64,000 nt of DNA. Source: an uncultured Chelatococcus sp. (GTDB lineage: Bacteria; Pseudomonadota; Alphaproteobacteria; Rhizobiales; Beijerinckiaceae). A program made the position numbers and the translations under genes. How positions within the stretch are numbered: the first letter of the stretch is position 1; each line of letters starts with the position of its first letter. This document shows positions 50,679 through 60,754 of this stretch, one piece after another. The stretch lies in the NCBI GenBank assembly GCA_937863995.1, contig CALMIK010000009.1, forward strand, positions 31,577-95,576, written 5' to 3'. Under the pieces are notes generated by a model. It had not been told where the DNA came from. It ran no database searches and saw nothing but the letters and a program-made list of their open reading frames with translations.

Positions 50679-51621
50679 CGGGCAGTTCCTTGAGGTCACC
50701 TGCGAGATCCGCGCCGCCGAGTTCGACCATCAGCCCCAGCAGCCGCTGCGCCGCCGCCCTGTCGACGGGCCCGGGCTTGGGTATCCCGTCCAGAAAGCCC
50801 GCCTTCAGGGCCGCGAACTCCGCGTCGGACGCCGCGTTCATCAGCGGCCGGATGCGGTCCCACGCCGCCGGATCGGAGGCGAGCTTGTCCTTGGCGGCGC
50901 GAGAGGCCGCAGCAAGCCCGGCGGCGAGGCCGGGATGCGCGCGCAATACCTCGCCGCGCACCACGTAGCCGAGAAGCGGCGTGTCGGGATCGAGGCCAAG
51001 CGCCGTCGCCGCCGCGGAAACGGTGATGAGCGGGCGCATGCCCGCCGCCTGCATCCTGGCGCCGAAATGCCAAAAATTGACGGCGGCGGCGAATTCGCCG
51101 CCGAGCGCCGCCTTGAAGATGAGCGGCGGCGCGCCGAAGACCTGCTCCGTCTGGCCGGCCAGATCGAAGCCCTCTGCCTGCCTGGCGTAGGCGCGCAGGA
51201 TCAGCCAGCTCTTGTCCACCGGGCCGCCGGCGACCCCGATCCGTTGTCCGCGCAGATCGGCAAGCGCTTTCGCGCCGCTCCCGCCCGGCACCAACAGCGC
51301 GCCGACGGCGCGGGAATATGGGATGAACACGACATCGCGGCCGGCGGCGCGCTCACGCGCGACCCAGAGCCAGTCGGAGACGATCACGTCCACCTCCCCG
51401 GCCATCAGCGCGATCTGCGCGGCCGGCGTTCCCGCCATGTCCGTGACGGCGAGCGAAAAGCCGTTGGCCTTGTCGAAGCCGTTGTGGCGGATGGTGTCGA
51501 CTTCCCAGTTGACGGTGCCCGTAAGCTGAAGCGCCGCCCGCAGGCGCGGATGCTCCGCCAGCGCCGCCGAACAGGATAACGCGACCGCGACCGCCGCCCC
51601 GACAAGCGCCCGGATGTTCAT
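50650..51621 (-). CDS. NMT1/TauA-like substrate-binding protein, PqqT-like (candidate PQQ binder)
   Basis: Signal peptide; [22 protein letters not shown] and PYSRAVG; divergent from the PQQ-ADH gene. Confidence 0.75.
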   Translation of the reverse strand: MNIRALVGAAVAVALSCSAALAEHPRLRAALQLTGTVNWEVDTIRHNGFDKANGFSLAVTDMAGTPAAQIALMAGEVDVIVSDWLWVARERAAGRDVVFIPYSRAVGALLVPGGSGAKALADLRGQRIGVAGGPVDKSWLILRAYARQAEGFDLAGQTEQVFGAPPLIFKAALGGEFAAAVNFWHFGARMQAAGMRPLITVSAAATALGLDPDTPLLGYVVRGEVLRAHPGLAAGLAAASRAAKDKLASDPAAWDRIRPLMNAASDAEFAALKAGFLDGIPKPGPVDRAAAQRLLGLMVELGGADLAGDLKELPDGVFVDSGI

Positions 51622-51672
51622 GCCAATTCCTCCTTTTTTCCTGTATCCTATTGGCAATACGGCAGCGGGATA

Positions 51673-51728
51673 TACGACCAAGGTCCCGTATCGGATGCCG
51701 GCCCGCGGGCAATGTTACGACCAAGGTG
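51673..51728. promoter_or_regulatory. PQQ-island operator motif, copies 4 and 5
   Basis: TACGACCAAGGTC (51673-51685) and TACGACCAAGGTG (51716-51728), 43 bp apart. Confidence 0.78.
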
Positions 51729-51827
51729 CAATATACCGCCCCGTTGCACGCACCAATAATGACGGAAATGGCTGGACGACCTGCGGCAAAGCTCCGTGAT
51801 CCGCGCCATGATCCGAGGGAGGATATA

Positions 51828-53594
51828 ATGAAACGGTTCTTGCTGGCCGCTGTCACGGCCATGGCCTGCGTCGGAATGGCCCAGGCACAGGTGACTGAAG
51901 AAGATCTGGCGAACGACGCCGAAACCGTCAACAACGTGCTCACGAACGGCCTCGGCCGGGGGTTGCAGCGCTACTCGCCCCTGCAGACGCTCAACAAGGC
52001 CAACGTGAAGGGCCTCGTCCCGGCATGGGCCTTCAGCCTCGGCGGCGAAAAGCAGCGCGGGCAGGAAAGCCAGGCGATCGTCTACGACGGCGTGATGTAT
52101 ATCACCGGTTCCTACAGCCGCATCTTCGCCATCGACGTCGCCACCGGGCGCAAGCTGTGGCAGTACGACGCTCGCCTGCCCGAGGGCATCCTGCCCTGCT
52201 GCGACGTCGTCAACCGCGGCGCGGCGATCTTCGGCGACAACGTCTATTTCGGCACGCTCGACGCGCGTCTCATCGCGCTCAACCGCAAGACCGGCCGCGT
52301 GGTCTGGAACAAGAAGCTCGCCGAGTACAAGGAAGGCTATTCGTACACCGCCGCGCCGCTCATCGTGAAGGGCCTCGTCATCACCGGCAATTCCGGCGGC
52401 GAGTTCGGCGTGGTCGGCGAGGTGCAGGCTCGCGATGCGGCCACGGGCGAGCTGGTGTGGTCGCGCCCCACCATCGAAGGCCACAAGGGCACCTTCAAGG
52501 GTAAGGAATCGAGCACCACCGGAACCCTCAACGCCACCTGGCCGGGCGATGCGTGGAAGACCGGCGGCGGCGCGACGTGGCTCGGCGGCTCCTATGACGC
52601 CGACACCGACACGCTCGTCTTCGGCGCCGGCAACCCCTCGCCGTGGAACAGCCATCTGCGCGGCGCCGGCAAGCCCATGGAAGGCAACAAGGGCGACAAC
52701 CTCTACGCCGCCAGCCGTCTCGGCATCGACCCCGCGACCGGCGAGATCAAGTGGCACTTCCAGACCACCCCGCGCGAGGGCTGGGATTTCGACGGCGTGA
52801 ACGAGGTCGTGCCCTTCGTCGCGGCGGACGGGACGAAGCGCTACGCCACGGCCGACCGCAACGGCTTTTTCTACATCCTGAACCGCGAGGACGGAAAATA
52901 CGTCAATGCCTGGCCGTTCGTGAAGAACATCAACTGGGCCAAGGGCATCGACAAGGACGGCCGCCCGATCTTCAACGAAGAGAACCGCCCCGGCGATCCC
53001 GCCGCCGCGGCAGACGGCGCCAAGGGCCAGCAGATCTTCTCCGTGCCGTCCTTCCTCGGCGGCAAGAACTGGATGCCCATGGCCTATAGCCAGAAGACCG
53101 GGCTGTTCTACGTGCCTTCCAACGAATGGGGCATGGACATCTGGAACGAGCCGATCAACTTCAAGAAGGGCGCTGCCTTCCTCGGCGCGGGCTTCACCAT
53201 CAAGCCCCTGTTCGAGGACTACATCGGCAGCCTGAAGGCGATCGACCCGAACACCGGCGACATCAAGTGGGAATACAAGAACGGCGCGCCGCTGTGGGCG
53301 GGCGTGATGACCACCGCCGGCGGACTGGTCTTCACCGGCAATCCGGAAGGCGAGTTCCTCGCGCTCGATGACGAAACCGGCGAAGTGCTGTGGAAATTCC
53401 AGACCGGGTCGGGCATCGTGGGCCAGCCGGTGACGTGGGAACAGGACGGCGAGCAGTACGTCTCCGTCATCTCCGGCTGGGGCGGCGCGGTGCCGCTGTG
53501 GGGCGGCGAAGTGGCGAAGAAGGTCAACTACCTCAACCAGGGAGGCATGGTCTGGACCTTCCGCCTGCCGAAGGAACTGGCCAAGGCCAACTGA
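51828..53594 (+). CDS. pedH: PQQ-dependent alcohol dehydrogenase, lanthanide type (PedH/ExaF-like)
   Basis: Signal peptide ending AQA, vicinal [16 protein letters not shown], the active-site WDFDGVNE (D-x-D) motif, and GGKNW. Confidence 0.88.
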   Translation: MKRFLLAAVTAMACVGMAQAQVTEEDLANDAETVNNVLTNGLGRGLQRYSPLQTLNKANVKGLVPAWAFSLGGEKQRGQESQAIVYDGVMYITGSYSRIFAIDVATGRKLWQYDARLPEGILPCCDVVNRGAAIFGDNVYFGTLDARLIALNRKTGRVVWNKKLAEYKEGYSYTAAPLIVKGLVITGNSGGEFGVVGEVQARDAATGELVWSRPTIEGHKGTFKGKESSTTGTLNATWPGDAWKTGGGATWLGGSYDADTDTLVFGAGNPSPWNSHLRGAGKPMEGNKGDNLYAASRLGIDPATGEIKWHFQTTPREGWDFDGVNEVVPFVAADGTKRYATADRNGFFYILNREDGKYVNAWPFVKNINWAKGIDKDGRPIFNEENRPGDPAAAADGAKGQQIFSVPSFLGGKNWMPMAYSQKTGLFYVPSNEWGMDIWNEPINFKKGAAFLGAGFTIKPLFEDYIGSLKAIDPNTGDIKWEYKNGAPLWAGVMTTAGGLVFTGNPEGEFLALDDETGEVLWKFQTGSGIVGQPVTWEQDGEQYVSVISGWGGAVPLWGGEVAKKVNYLNQGGMVWTFRLPKELAKAN

Positions 53595-53600
53595 TGCCTG

Positions 53601-53637
53601 ACGAAGGAGGCGGGCCGTCCTGCCCCGCCTCCTTCGT
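53601..53637 (+). terminator. Hairpin after the ADH gene
   Basis: 14-bp stem ACGAAGGAGGCGGG/CCCGCCTCCTTCGT. Confidence 0.65.
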
Positions 53638-53672
53638 TCCGATTTCGGGCCAGGATCGAGCGGAGTATCGAC

Positions 53673-54395
53673 ATGTCCGGCTCTTTCGATTTCTTCCGGG
53701 ATTCCCGCATTCCCCTCGCGGCCGAGCCGGCGCCGGGCGCCGTCGACATGCGCTCGATGCTGATCGTCGACGATCACCCGCTGTTTTGCGACGCGCTCGC
53801 CATGACACTGACACGCCTCGTCGGCATCGAGACGGTGGAAGCCGTCGGCACGCTCGAGATGGCGCTCATGCGGCTTGAAGCCGGCCCGACGCCCGACGTC
53901 GTGGTGCTCGATCTCAACCTGCCCGACGTGAGCGGCCTCGACGGCGTGGTGCGCCTGCGCAAGGCGATCCCCTCGACGCCGATCGTCGTGGTGTCGTCGC
54001 TCGACGAACTGCGCGTGACGCGGGCGGCGCTGCGGGCGGGCGTCAACGCCTTCGTGCCCAAGCATGCCGAGCGCGAGGAATTCCGCGCCGCCTTCGCGGC
54101 CATCAGCCGGGGCGAGGTGTATGCCGGACGCATGGCGCTGGAGGTCACGGCGCCCTCCCCCTCCGAGCACGTCATCGCGCGGCTGGCGCTGCTCACGCGG
54201 CAGCAGGCCAAGATACTGGAGATGGTCTGCGAGGGACTGATGAACAAGCAGATCGCCTACGAGCTCTCCATCGCCGAAACCACGGTGAAAGCGCATCTGA
54301 CGGCAATCATGCGCAAGCTCGGCGTCCAGACGCGCATGCAGGCCGTGCTGTTCGTGAAAGAGGCCAGTTTTTCCGCCCTCACGCCGGAAGGCTAA
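53673..54395 (+). CDS. NarL/LuxR-family response regulator (ErbR/PedR1/FlhR-like)
   Basis: Contains IVDDHPL, VLDLNLPD and the HTH NKQIAYELSIAETTVKAH. Confidence 0.92.
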   Translation: MSGSFDFFRDSRIPLAAEPAPGAVDMRSMLIVDDHPLFCDALAMTLTRLVGIETVEAVGTLEMALMRLEAGPTPDVVVLDLNLPDVSGLDGVVRLRKAIPSTPIVVVSSLDELRVTRAALRAGVNAFVPKHAEREEFRAAFAAISRGEVYAGRMALEVTAPSPSEHVIARLALLTRQQAKILEMVCEGLMNKQIAYELSIAETTVKAHLTAIMRKLGVQTRMQAVLFVKEASFSALTPEG

Positions 54396-54558
54396 GCCTT
54401 CCGCCGGGCGCAGCCTGCGCCGACATCGCCGACAACCGGCTGAACGCAACCTATTGGCATTCCTCGCCGCCCGTGCGACGTTCGGGCAATGCCCACCGGC
54501 GACCGGCCAAAGAACCGGCGTATCGTGACGACCGGCGGCTTTGCAGGGAAAACGCTCG

Positions 54559-55734
54559 ATGAAACAGGCCGGACGGCCTACGGATGCTCACGCATCGATT
54601 ATCCGCAGGGCCTGCGTGCCGGCGGCAAACCTGCGCGCCGCCGAGGACCTTGCCGGGATGCTCGGGCCGGGGCCTTTCGCGCTCGTCATCGTGTTCACCT
54701 CTCCCGACGCCGATCTGGCGCGGCTGTCGGCGCAGGCGGCGCAAGTCTTCGCCGGGGCGAGGCTCATCGGCTGCACCACGGCGGGAGAGATTTCCGACGC
54801 CGGCTACGACGACAACACGATCGTCGCGGTGGCGCTGCCCGCATCGCATTTCGGCGCGGAAACCCTCACCATTCCCGACCTGTCGCGGCTTGAGCCGCGC
54901 GACCTCACGACGGCCGTGGCGCGGGCGCGCGAGGCGCTGGCACGCGATTATCCCACTCTCCCGCACGCGTTCGCCATGCTGCTCGTCGATGGGCTTTCGG
55001 TGAAGGAGGACGAGCTCGCATCGGCGCTCTCGGCAGGCCTCGGGTCAATGCCGCTGCTGGGCGGCTCCGCCGGCGACGGCACACGCTTCCAGCAGACGTT
55101 CGTCATCGACGGCGACCGGCTGCTGCGGAACGCGGCGGTGCTGGCTTTCGTGCGCAGCGCGTGCCCGATGCGGATATTCAACCTCGACCACCTGATACCG
55201 ACCAAGAAGCGCATGGTGGTGACGCTGGCGGAGCCGCGCCGGCGCATCGTGCGCCGGATCAACGACGAACCGGCGGCGCAGGAATATGCGCGCCTGCTGG
55301 GCAAGGACCCGCTACAACTCACGCCCTTCAACTTCGCCGCGCATCCGCTGGCCGTGCGCATGGGCGAGCGCCACCACGTGCGCGCGGTGCAGCAGGTGAC
55401 GCCGGATGGCGATCTGGTGTTCTTCTCCGCCATCGACGAGGGCGTCGTGCTGACGCTCGCCGAGCCGCAAGACATCGCCCAGCATCTCGAACACGAGCTC
55501 GACCGGCTGAGTGAACCGGCGCAACCCGTTGCGGTCGTCGCCTTCGATTGCATCCTGCGCCGGCTCGAGGCGCAGGAAAGGCAGGTCACGGGCCGCGTGT
55601 CGGACATCCTGCGCAGGCATGGCGTGACGGGTTTCTCGACCTACGGCGAGCAGTTCGGCGCGCTGCACGTCAACCACACGATGACCGGGATCGCGTTCTA
55701 CGCACCCGGCACCGCGCTGCCCGAGGACGGCTGA
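54559..55734 (+). CDS. FIST N/C-domain sensory protein
   Basis: Contains GCTTAGEI, LVDGLS, GGSAGD, AFDCILR and GFSTYGEQ. Confidence 0.9.
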   Translation: MKQAGRPTDAHASIIRRACVPAANLRAAEDLAGMLGPGPFALVIVFTSPDADLARLSAQAAQVFAGARLIGCTTAGEISDAGYDDNTIVAVALPASHFGAETLTIPDLSRLEPRDLTTAVARAREALARDYPTLPHAFAMLLVDGLSVKEDELASALSAGLGSMPLLGGSAGDGTRFQQTFVIDGDRLLRNAAVLAFVRSACPMRIFNLDHLIPTKKRMVVTLAEPRRRIVRRINDEPAAQEYARLLGKDPLQLTPFNFAAHPLAVRMGERHHVRAVQQVTPDGDLVFFSAIDEGVVLTLAEPQDIAQHLEHELDRLSEPAQPVAVVAFDCILRRLEAQERQVTGRVSDILRRHGVTGFSTYGEQFGALHVNHTMTGIAFYAPGTALPEDG

Positions 55735-57965
55735 TGGCGCGCATTTCCGAATGGCTGATCGACCCCGACGACACGCCCGAGCGCACGATCGAAAAGCTCC
55801 TGACCATCACCGAGGTGCTGATGCGCCAGGTCGAGCAGGCTTCGGGCGAGCGCGGCGCGGCCTATGAACAGTTTCGCCGCGCGGCGTTGCTGGAAGACCG
55901 CGTGCGCCAGCGAACGCTCGACCTGGAATACGCCCTGCGCCTGCTGGGCGAGACCAATTCCCGCCTCACCACCGCGAAGCGCACGGCGGAACGGGCGCAG
56001 CGCGATCTCGCCAACGCCATCGAGGCCGTGCAGGAAGGCTTCGCGCTGTTCGACGAGACGGACACGCTGGTGCTGCACAACTCCCGCTTCTGCCGTGACT
56101 TGCCGGATGTCCGCCGTGGCCTGCGCGCGGGCATGGCGCTGTCCGAATACGTGGATCTCGTCGGCTATTCCGCCTCGCTCTCCCTGCCCGCCGACCAGAC
56201 ACGCGAGGAGTGGGTGAAGGAGCGGATGCAGCGCCACCACGACCGGCAGGTGTTCAACGTGGCCCTCACCGGCGACCGCTGGCTGCAGGTCAGCTCCCAG
56301 CGCATCAACGGCGGCGGCACGGTGATGCTCCAGACCGACGTCACGGACATCATCCGGCTGGAACGGATCGAACGCGGCAAGATGCTCGACAATCAGGCGC
56401 GGATCATCCGCGCCACGCTCGAACACATCAGCCAGGGCGTCTGCATCGTCGATGTCAACCTGCGTCTCGTGGGCTGGAACAAGCGGCTCGCCCAGCTTCT
56501 GGACATGCCCCCCGCCTCGCTGCGCCAGGGCGCGGGGTTCGACAGCCTTCTGCGCCACTTCGGCAACGACAGCATCTACCAGGAACATGTGTCGTTCGAG
56601 GCGCTCGCCATCTGGGCGCGTCAGGCAAGGCCGCGTCCGCCGCAGTCGTTCGAGATACGCCGCGCGTCGGGCGTGATACTCGACGGATACGCGCGGGAAA
56701 CGCCCGAGGGCGGATTCGTGATTTCCTTCAGCGACGTCACGCGCGAGCGGCTGGCGGTGCAGGCCATGCTGCGCGCCAACGCCTCGCTGGAGGCGCGGGT
56801 GGCCGCGCGGACGCTCGACCTGGAGGCGGCGCTGGAAGACGCTGAACGGGCCAATGCCTCGCGCGTGCGCTTCGTGGCGGCGGCGAGCCACGATCTGCTG
56901 CAGCCGCTCTCGGCAGCCAAGCTTTTCATCGCCTCCGCTCGCGACGACGACCCCAGCCCGCTGGTGCGCTCGACGCTGGGAAAGGCGCTCAACGCGTTGG
57001 TCAGCGTGGAGGGAATCCTGCACGCGCTGCTCGACATCTCCCGGCTGGAGGTAGGCGAATCCGCCGTCGAGATCGTGCCGGTGCGGCTCGTGCCCCTGCT
57101 CGCCCAGCTCACGGACGAGTTCGCGCCTGTCGCCGCCGGAAAGGGACTGCGGCTGACGATCGTGCCAAGCCGGCTCACCGTGGCGAGCGACCCGGCCTAC
57201 CTGCGGCGCATCCTGCAAAACCTGATCGGCAACGCCATCCGCTACACGCGCACGGGGCGGGTGCTGGTCGGCGCGCGGCGCTCGGGCGGGAAAATCCGCA
57301 TCGAAGTGCATGACACCGGCCCCGGCATCGCCCCCGAGGACCAGCAGCTCATCTTCCGCGAGTTCCACCGGCTCAACGGCTCGGCGTCCGCGTCGGAGGG
57401 CATGGGCCTCGGCCTCGCCATCGTGCAGCGGGCGTGCGCGCTGCTCAACCACAGGCTGTCGCTAACGTCGGAACCGGGGCGCGGCACGTCGTTCTCGGTC
57501 GAGATGGCGTTGTCGGCGCCCGATTCCATGCTGTCGTGCCCGGGCCTGATCGTCACCGGCGCCGATGAACCGCGCGACGGCAGCAACCGGATCGCGCTGC
57601 TTGTCGGCAGCGCTCCCGACCTGCGGCGGGAGCTGGGCATGCAGCTTGAGCGGCGCAACATCACCGCGTGGGAGGTCGGCAACGGCGATGAGGCGCTGGC
57701 GCTGCTGGAGGAAATCGGCATCGTGCCCGACTTCTACCTCGTGGATCAAGACCTTGACGCAGGCGCGGGCTGCATCGAGACGGTGCGCGCGCTCCACGAA
57801 GGCTGGGGCGAGCGGCCGACACGCATCCTGACCGTGGAGCCGGCCTGCGGATCGTTGGCGGAGAGCGGAATCGAGTGCCTGCGCAAGCCCGTGGAGGACG
57901 CGGCGCTGGATGCCTTCATCGCCGGCGCGGCCTCGTTCTCTCCACCGCTTTCCCCCGCGCGCTGA
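55734..57965 (+). CDS. PAS-fold hybrid sensor histidine kinase (FlhS/ErcS/PedS1-like)
   Basis: H-box [10 protein letters not shown]-box NLIGNA, DTGPGI, GMGLGL and a C-terminal receiver domain. Confidence 0.9.
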   Translation: MARISEWLIDPDDTPERTIEKLLTITEVLMRQVEQASGERGAAYEQFRRAALLEDRVRQRTLDLEYALRLLGETNSRLTTAKRTAERAQRDLANAIEAVQEGFALFDETDTLVLHNSRFCRDLPDVRRGLRAGMALSEYVDLVGYSASLSLPADQTREEWVKERMQRHHDRQVFNVALTGDRWLQVSSQRINGGGTVMLQTDVTDIIRLERIERGKMLDNQARIIRATLEHISQGVCIVDVNLRLVGWNKRLAQLLDMPPASLRQGAGFDSLLRHFGNDSIYQEHVSFEALAIWARQARPRPPQSFEIRRASGVILDGYARETPEGGFVISFSDVTRERLAVQAMLRANASLEARVAARTLDLEAALEDAERANASRVRFVAAASHDLLQPLSAAKLFIASARDDDPSPLVRSTLGKALNALVSVEGILHALLDISRLEVGESAVEIVPVRLVPLLAQLTDEFAPVAAGKGLRLTIVPSRLTVASDPAYLRRILQNLIGNAIRYTRTGRVLVGARRSGGKIRIEVHDTGPGIAPEDQQLIFREFHRLNGSASASEGMGLGLAIVQRACALLNHRLSLTSEPGRGTSFSVEMALSAPDSMLSCPGLIVTGADEPRDGSNRIALLVGSAPDLRRELGMQLERRNITAWEVGNGDEALALLEEIGIVPDFYLVDQDLDAGAGCIETVRALHEGWGERPTRILTVEPACGSLAESGIECLRKPVEDAALDAFIAGAASFSPPLSPAR

Positions 57966-57966
57966 C

Positions 57967-57992
57967 TACGACCAAATCGCGACCAAGGTCGC
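57967..57992. promoter_or_regulatory. PQQ-island operator motif, copies 6 (degenerate) and 7
   Basis: TACGACCAAATCG followed by GCGACCAAGGTCGC (57979-57992), upstream of pseudoazurin. Confidence 0.75.
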
Positions 57993-58051
57993 ATTGTTCG
58001 CCGGCCCGTTTCCATGTCCTCTGTAACCAACGAATAATCACGGAGGAACGG

Positions 58052-58498
58052 ATGCGCGCAAGTTTGGCAATCGCCATCAACGCCGGGCTCGTAACGGCAT
58101 GGCTGGCGACCGGAGCAGCGCTGGCGGCCGAGCACGAAGTCAAGATGCTCAACCAGGGCCCGAACGGGACCATGGAATTCCAGCCTGCCGCGATCAAGGC
58201 CGCACCGGGCGATACCGTCCGCTTCATTCCCACCGACAAGAGCCATAACGTCGAGGGAATCAAGGGGATGCTGCCGGAGGGCGTCGCGCCTTTCAAAAGC
58301 AAGATCAACGAGGAATTCGTGCTGACGCTGACCGAGCCCGGCATCTACGGTGTGAAATGCACGCCGCATTTCGCCATGGGAATGGTCGCGGTCATCCAGG
58401 CCGGAGACGCGCCGGCCAATCTCGAGGCGGCAAAGGCTGTGAAGCTGCCGAAAAAGGCCGCGGAACGGATAGAGGCGGCATTCGCGGAACTGCCGTGA
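58052..58498 (+). CDS. Pseudoazurin (type I copper protein)
   Basis: Contains VKMLN, the Cu ligands SHN and CTPH..M, and a GGAGG RBS. Start set at MRASL. Confidence 0.92.
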   Translation: MRASLAIAINAGLVTAWLATGAALAAEHEVKMLNQGPNGTMEFQPAAIKAAPGDTVRFIPTDKSHNVEGIKGMLPEGVAPFKSKINEEFVLTLTEPGIYGVKCTPHFAMGMVAVIQAGDAPANLEAAKAVKLPKKAAERIEAAFAELP

Positions 58499-58583
58499 GC
58501 AGCGGAAATCAGCAATCCGCCAGCGGGCACCATGCGTAAACACAGTTTAGTTACATCGCAATCGATCACTTTACAATAGATAG

Positions 58584-58647
58584 CCATCAATATATACTAT
58601 CGTAATGGCTGATTACGTATCATCCATTAGGGTAACCCATCAATATA
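58584..58647. repeat. 11-bp direct repeat in the AT-rich pqqA upstream region
   Basis: CCATCAATATA at 58584-58594 and 58637-58647. Confidence 0.8.
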
Positions 58648-58659
58648 AAGGAGGGAAGA

Positions 58660-58743
58660 ATGGCCTGGAATACACCTTTTATTGTCGAAATCTGCGTCGG
58701 CCTTGAGGTCAACGCCTATTTTCCGGCTGACATCGAAAACTGA
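58660..58743 (+). CDS. pqqA: PQQ precursor peptide
   Basis: Translates MAWNTPFIVEICVGLEVNAYFPADIEN*, with the E-x3-Y motif and an AAGGAGG RBS; directly upstream of pqqB. Confidence 0.95.
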   Translation: MAWNTPFIVEICVGLEVNAYFPADIEN

Positions 58744-58767
58744 CGCAAGCCGGGAACGAAGCGGGCC

Positions 58768-59694
58768 ATGACGATGTCTGACCCGTCCTCCCGCCTGCGG
58801 CTCGTGGTACTCGGCTCAGCGGCCGGCGGGGGTTTCCCCCAGTGGAATTGCCGCTGCCCCGTCTGCTCGCTGGCATGGAGCGGAGACCCACGTGTCCGCA
58901 GGCGGACCCAGACATCCATCGCGGTCAGCGTGGATGGCGAGCGGTGGGCGCTGGTGAACGCCGCACCGGAGATCCTGTCCCAGATTCAGGCTGTGCCCGT
59001 GCTGCATCCACGGGTGCCGGGCCGGTGCACGCCGGTGGTTTCCGTGCTGCTCACCAACGCCGACATCGATCACGTCGCGGGGCTGCTAAGCCTGAGGGAG
59101 GCGCAATCGTTTTCCCTATACGCGACGCATGCAGTCCATGACGTGATCGCCGCCAACAGCGTGTTCGACGTTCTCGCGGCCGGCGTGGTCGAAAGGCCAC
59201 GCGTGGCCCTGAACACGCCTTTTCCGCTGCTCGACGGTCTCACCGCCGAGATATTCCCGGTGCCAGGCAAGGTCGCGCTCTATCTGGAACGCGGCGAGGT
59301 CGACACCGCGGCGGAGGGCGAGCAGACCGTGGGGGTGGAGTTCAACCACGGCACGCGCCGCATCCTGTTCATTCCGGGCTGCGCCCTCATGACGGATGCC
59401 TTGCGCGCGCGCATCGACGGAGCGAACGTGGTGCTGTTCGACGGCACCGTATGGCGCGACGACGAGATGATCGTCGCCGGTGTCGGCAGCAAGACCGGCA
59501 AGCGCATGGGCCATATGGCGATATCGGGCGCGGACGGCTCCATGGCGGCCTTTGAGGGACTGCGCGTCAGCCGCAAGGTTTATGTGCATCTCAACAACAC
59601 CAACCCGGTGCTCGTCGAGGGATCGCCCGAACGGCGCGCGGTGGAACGCGCGGGCTGGGAAGTGGCGGAAGACGGAATGGAGCTTGCAGGATGA
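58768..59694 (+). CDS. pqqB: PQQ biosynthesis protein B
   Basis: Contains LGSAAGGGFPQWNC, RTQTSIA, DIDHVAGL, MGHM and HLNNTNP. Confidence 0.95.
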   Translation: MTMSDPSSRLRLVVLGSAAGGGFPQWNCRCPVCSLAWSGDPRVRRRTQTSIAVSVDGERWALVNAAPEILSQIQAVPVLHPRVPGRCTPVVSVLLTNADIDHVAGLLSLREAQSFSLYATHAVHDVIAANSVFDVLAAGVVERPRVALNTPFPLLDGLTAEIFPVPGKVALYLERGEVDTAAEGEQTVGVEFNHGTRRILFIPGCALMTDALRARIDGANVVLFDGTVWRDDEMIVAGVGSKTGKRMGHMAISGADGSMAAFEGLRVSRKVYVHLNNTNPVLVEGSPERRAVERAGWEVAEDGMELAG

Positions 59695-60446
59695 CAGGAT
59701 TGCTCTCCCCTCAGGAGCTGGAGGCGGCGCTGCGCGATGTCGGGACGCGGCGCTATCACAACCTGCATCCGTTCCACAGGCTGTTGCATGGCGGCCGGCT
59801 CGATGTCGGGCAGGTGCGGGCATGGGCGCTCAACCGCTATTATTATCAGGCGATGATTCCGGTGAAGGATTCCTCGATCCTCGCCCGCATGGAAGAGCCC
59901 GAGCTGCGGCGCAGCTGGCGCCAGCGCATCATCGATCACGACGGCGAACACGAAGGCGAAGGCGGCATCGCGCGCTGGCTCAGGCTCACCGACGGCCTCG
60001 GGCTCGACCGCGAATACGTCACGTCGCTGCGCGGCCTGCTGCCCGCCTCCCGCTTCGCGGTCGAGGCCTATGTGCATTTCGTGCGCGAAAAAACGCTTCT
60101 CGAAGCCATCGCCTCCTCTCTCACCGAGATGTTCTCGCCGAACATCATCGAGGAGCGCGTCGCCGGCATGCTGAAGAATTACGATTTCATCTCGCCGGAA
60201 ACGCTGGCCTACTTCAACAACCGCCTCACGCAGGCCCCGCGCGACGCCGATTTCGCGCTGGACTACGTCAAGAGCCACGCCCGCACGCCCGAGCAGCAAC
60301 AGGCGGCGATCCGCGCCCTCGAATTCAAGTGCGACGTGCTCTGGGTGCAGCTCGACGCCCTCTACTTCGCCTACGTGGACCCGAAGGCAGGTTATCCGGG
60401 CGCGTTCGTCCCCGCTGCCGGCGACAGCCCGGAGGAAAGGCCGTGA
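59691..60446 (+). CDS. pqqC: PQQ synthase
   Basis: Contains [25 protein letters not shown] and FKCDVLW. Confidence 0.95.
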   Translation: MTGLLSPQELEAALRDVGTRRYHNLHPFHRLLHGGRLDVGQVRAWALNRYYYQAMIPVKDSSILARMEEPELRRSWRQRIIDHDGEHEGEGGIARWLRLTDGLGLDREYVTSLRGLLPASRFAVEAYVHFVREKTLLEAIASSLTEMFSPNIIEERVAGMLKNYDFISPETLAYFNNRLTQAPRDADFALDYVKSHARTPEQQQAAIRALEFKCDVLWVQLDALYFAYVDPKAGYPGAFVPAAGDSPEERP

Positions 60447-60754
60447 GCGCCCCCCTGCCCGCCGACTGCGTGCCGAAGCTGGCGCGCGGCGTGCGCCTGC
60501 GCCGCGACGAGGCGCGCGAACAATGGGTGCTGCTCGCGCCCGAGCGTGTGCTGCAGCCCGATCCCGTCGGCGTCGAAATTCTCAGGAAGGTCGATGGCGT
60601 GCGCACGTTCACGGTCATCGTCGACGAGCTCGCGGCCGCCTTCACCGCCGACCGCACGCGCATCGCCACCGATGTCGGCGCCTTTCTCGCCGGTCTGGTG
60701 GAAAAGGGAATGGTCGAGATCGTCACGCCGTCATCGGAACAGGCAGCGCCATGA
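60443..60754 (+). CDS. pqqD: PqqA-binding chaperone
   Basis: GTG start overlapping the pqqC stop; PKLARGVRL...WVLLAPERV. Confidence 0.9.
   Translation: MSAPLPADCVPKLARGVRLRRDEAREQWVLLAPERVLQPDPVGVEILRKVDGVRTFTVIVDELAAAFTADRTRIATDVGAFLAGLVEKGMVEIVTPSSEQAAP

Noticed and set aside
51648-54449. 933-aa minus-strand ORF, and similar long antisense ORFs (24091-26352, 35278-37551, 40757-42952, 43768-45630, 55698-57452)
   Set aside because: They overlap well-supported genes on the opposite strand and are Arg/Ala/Gly-rich with no domains.
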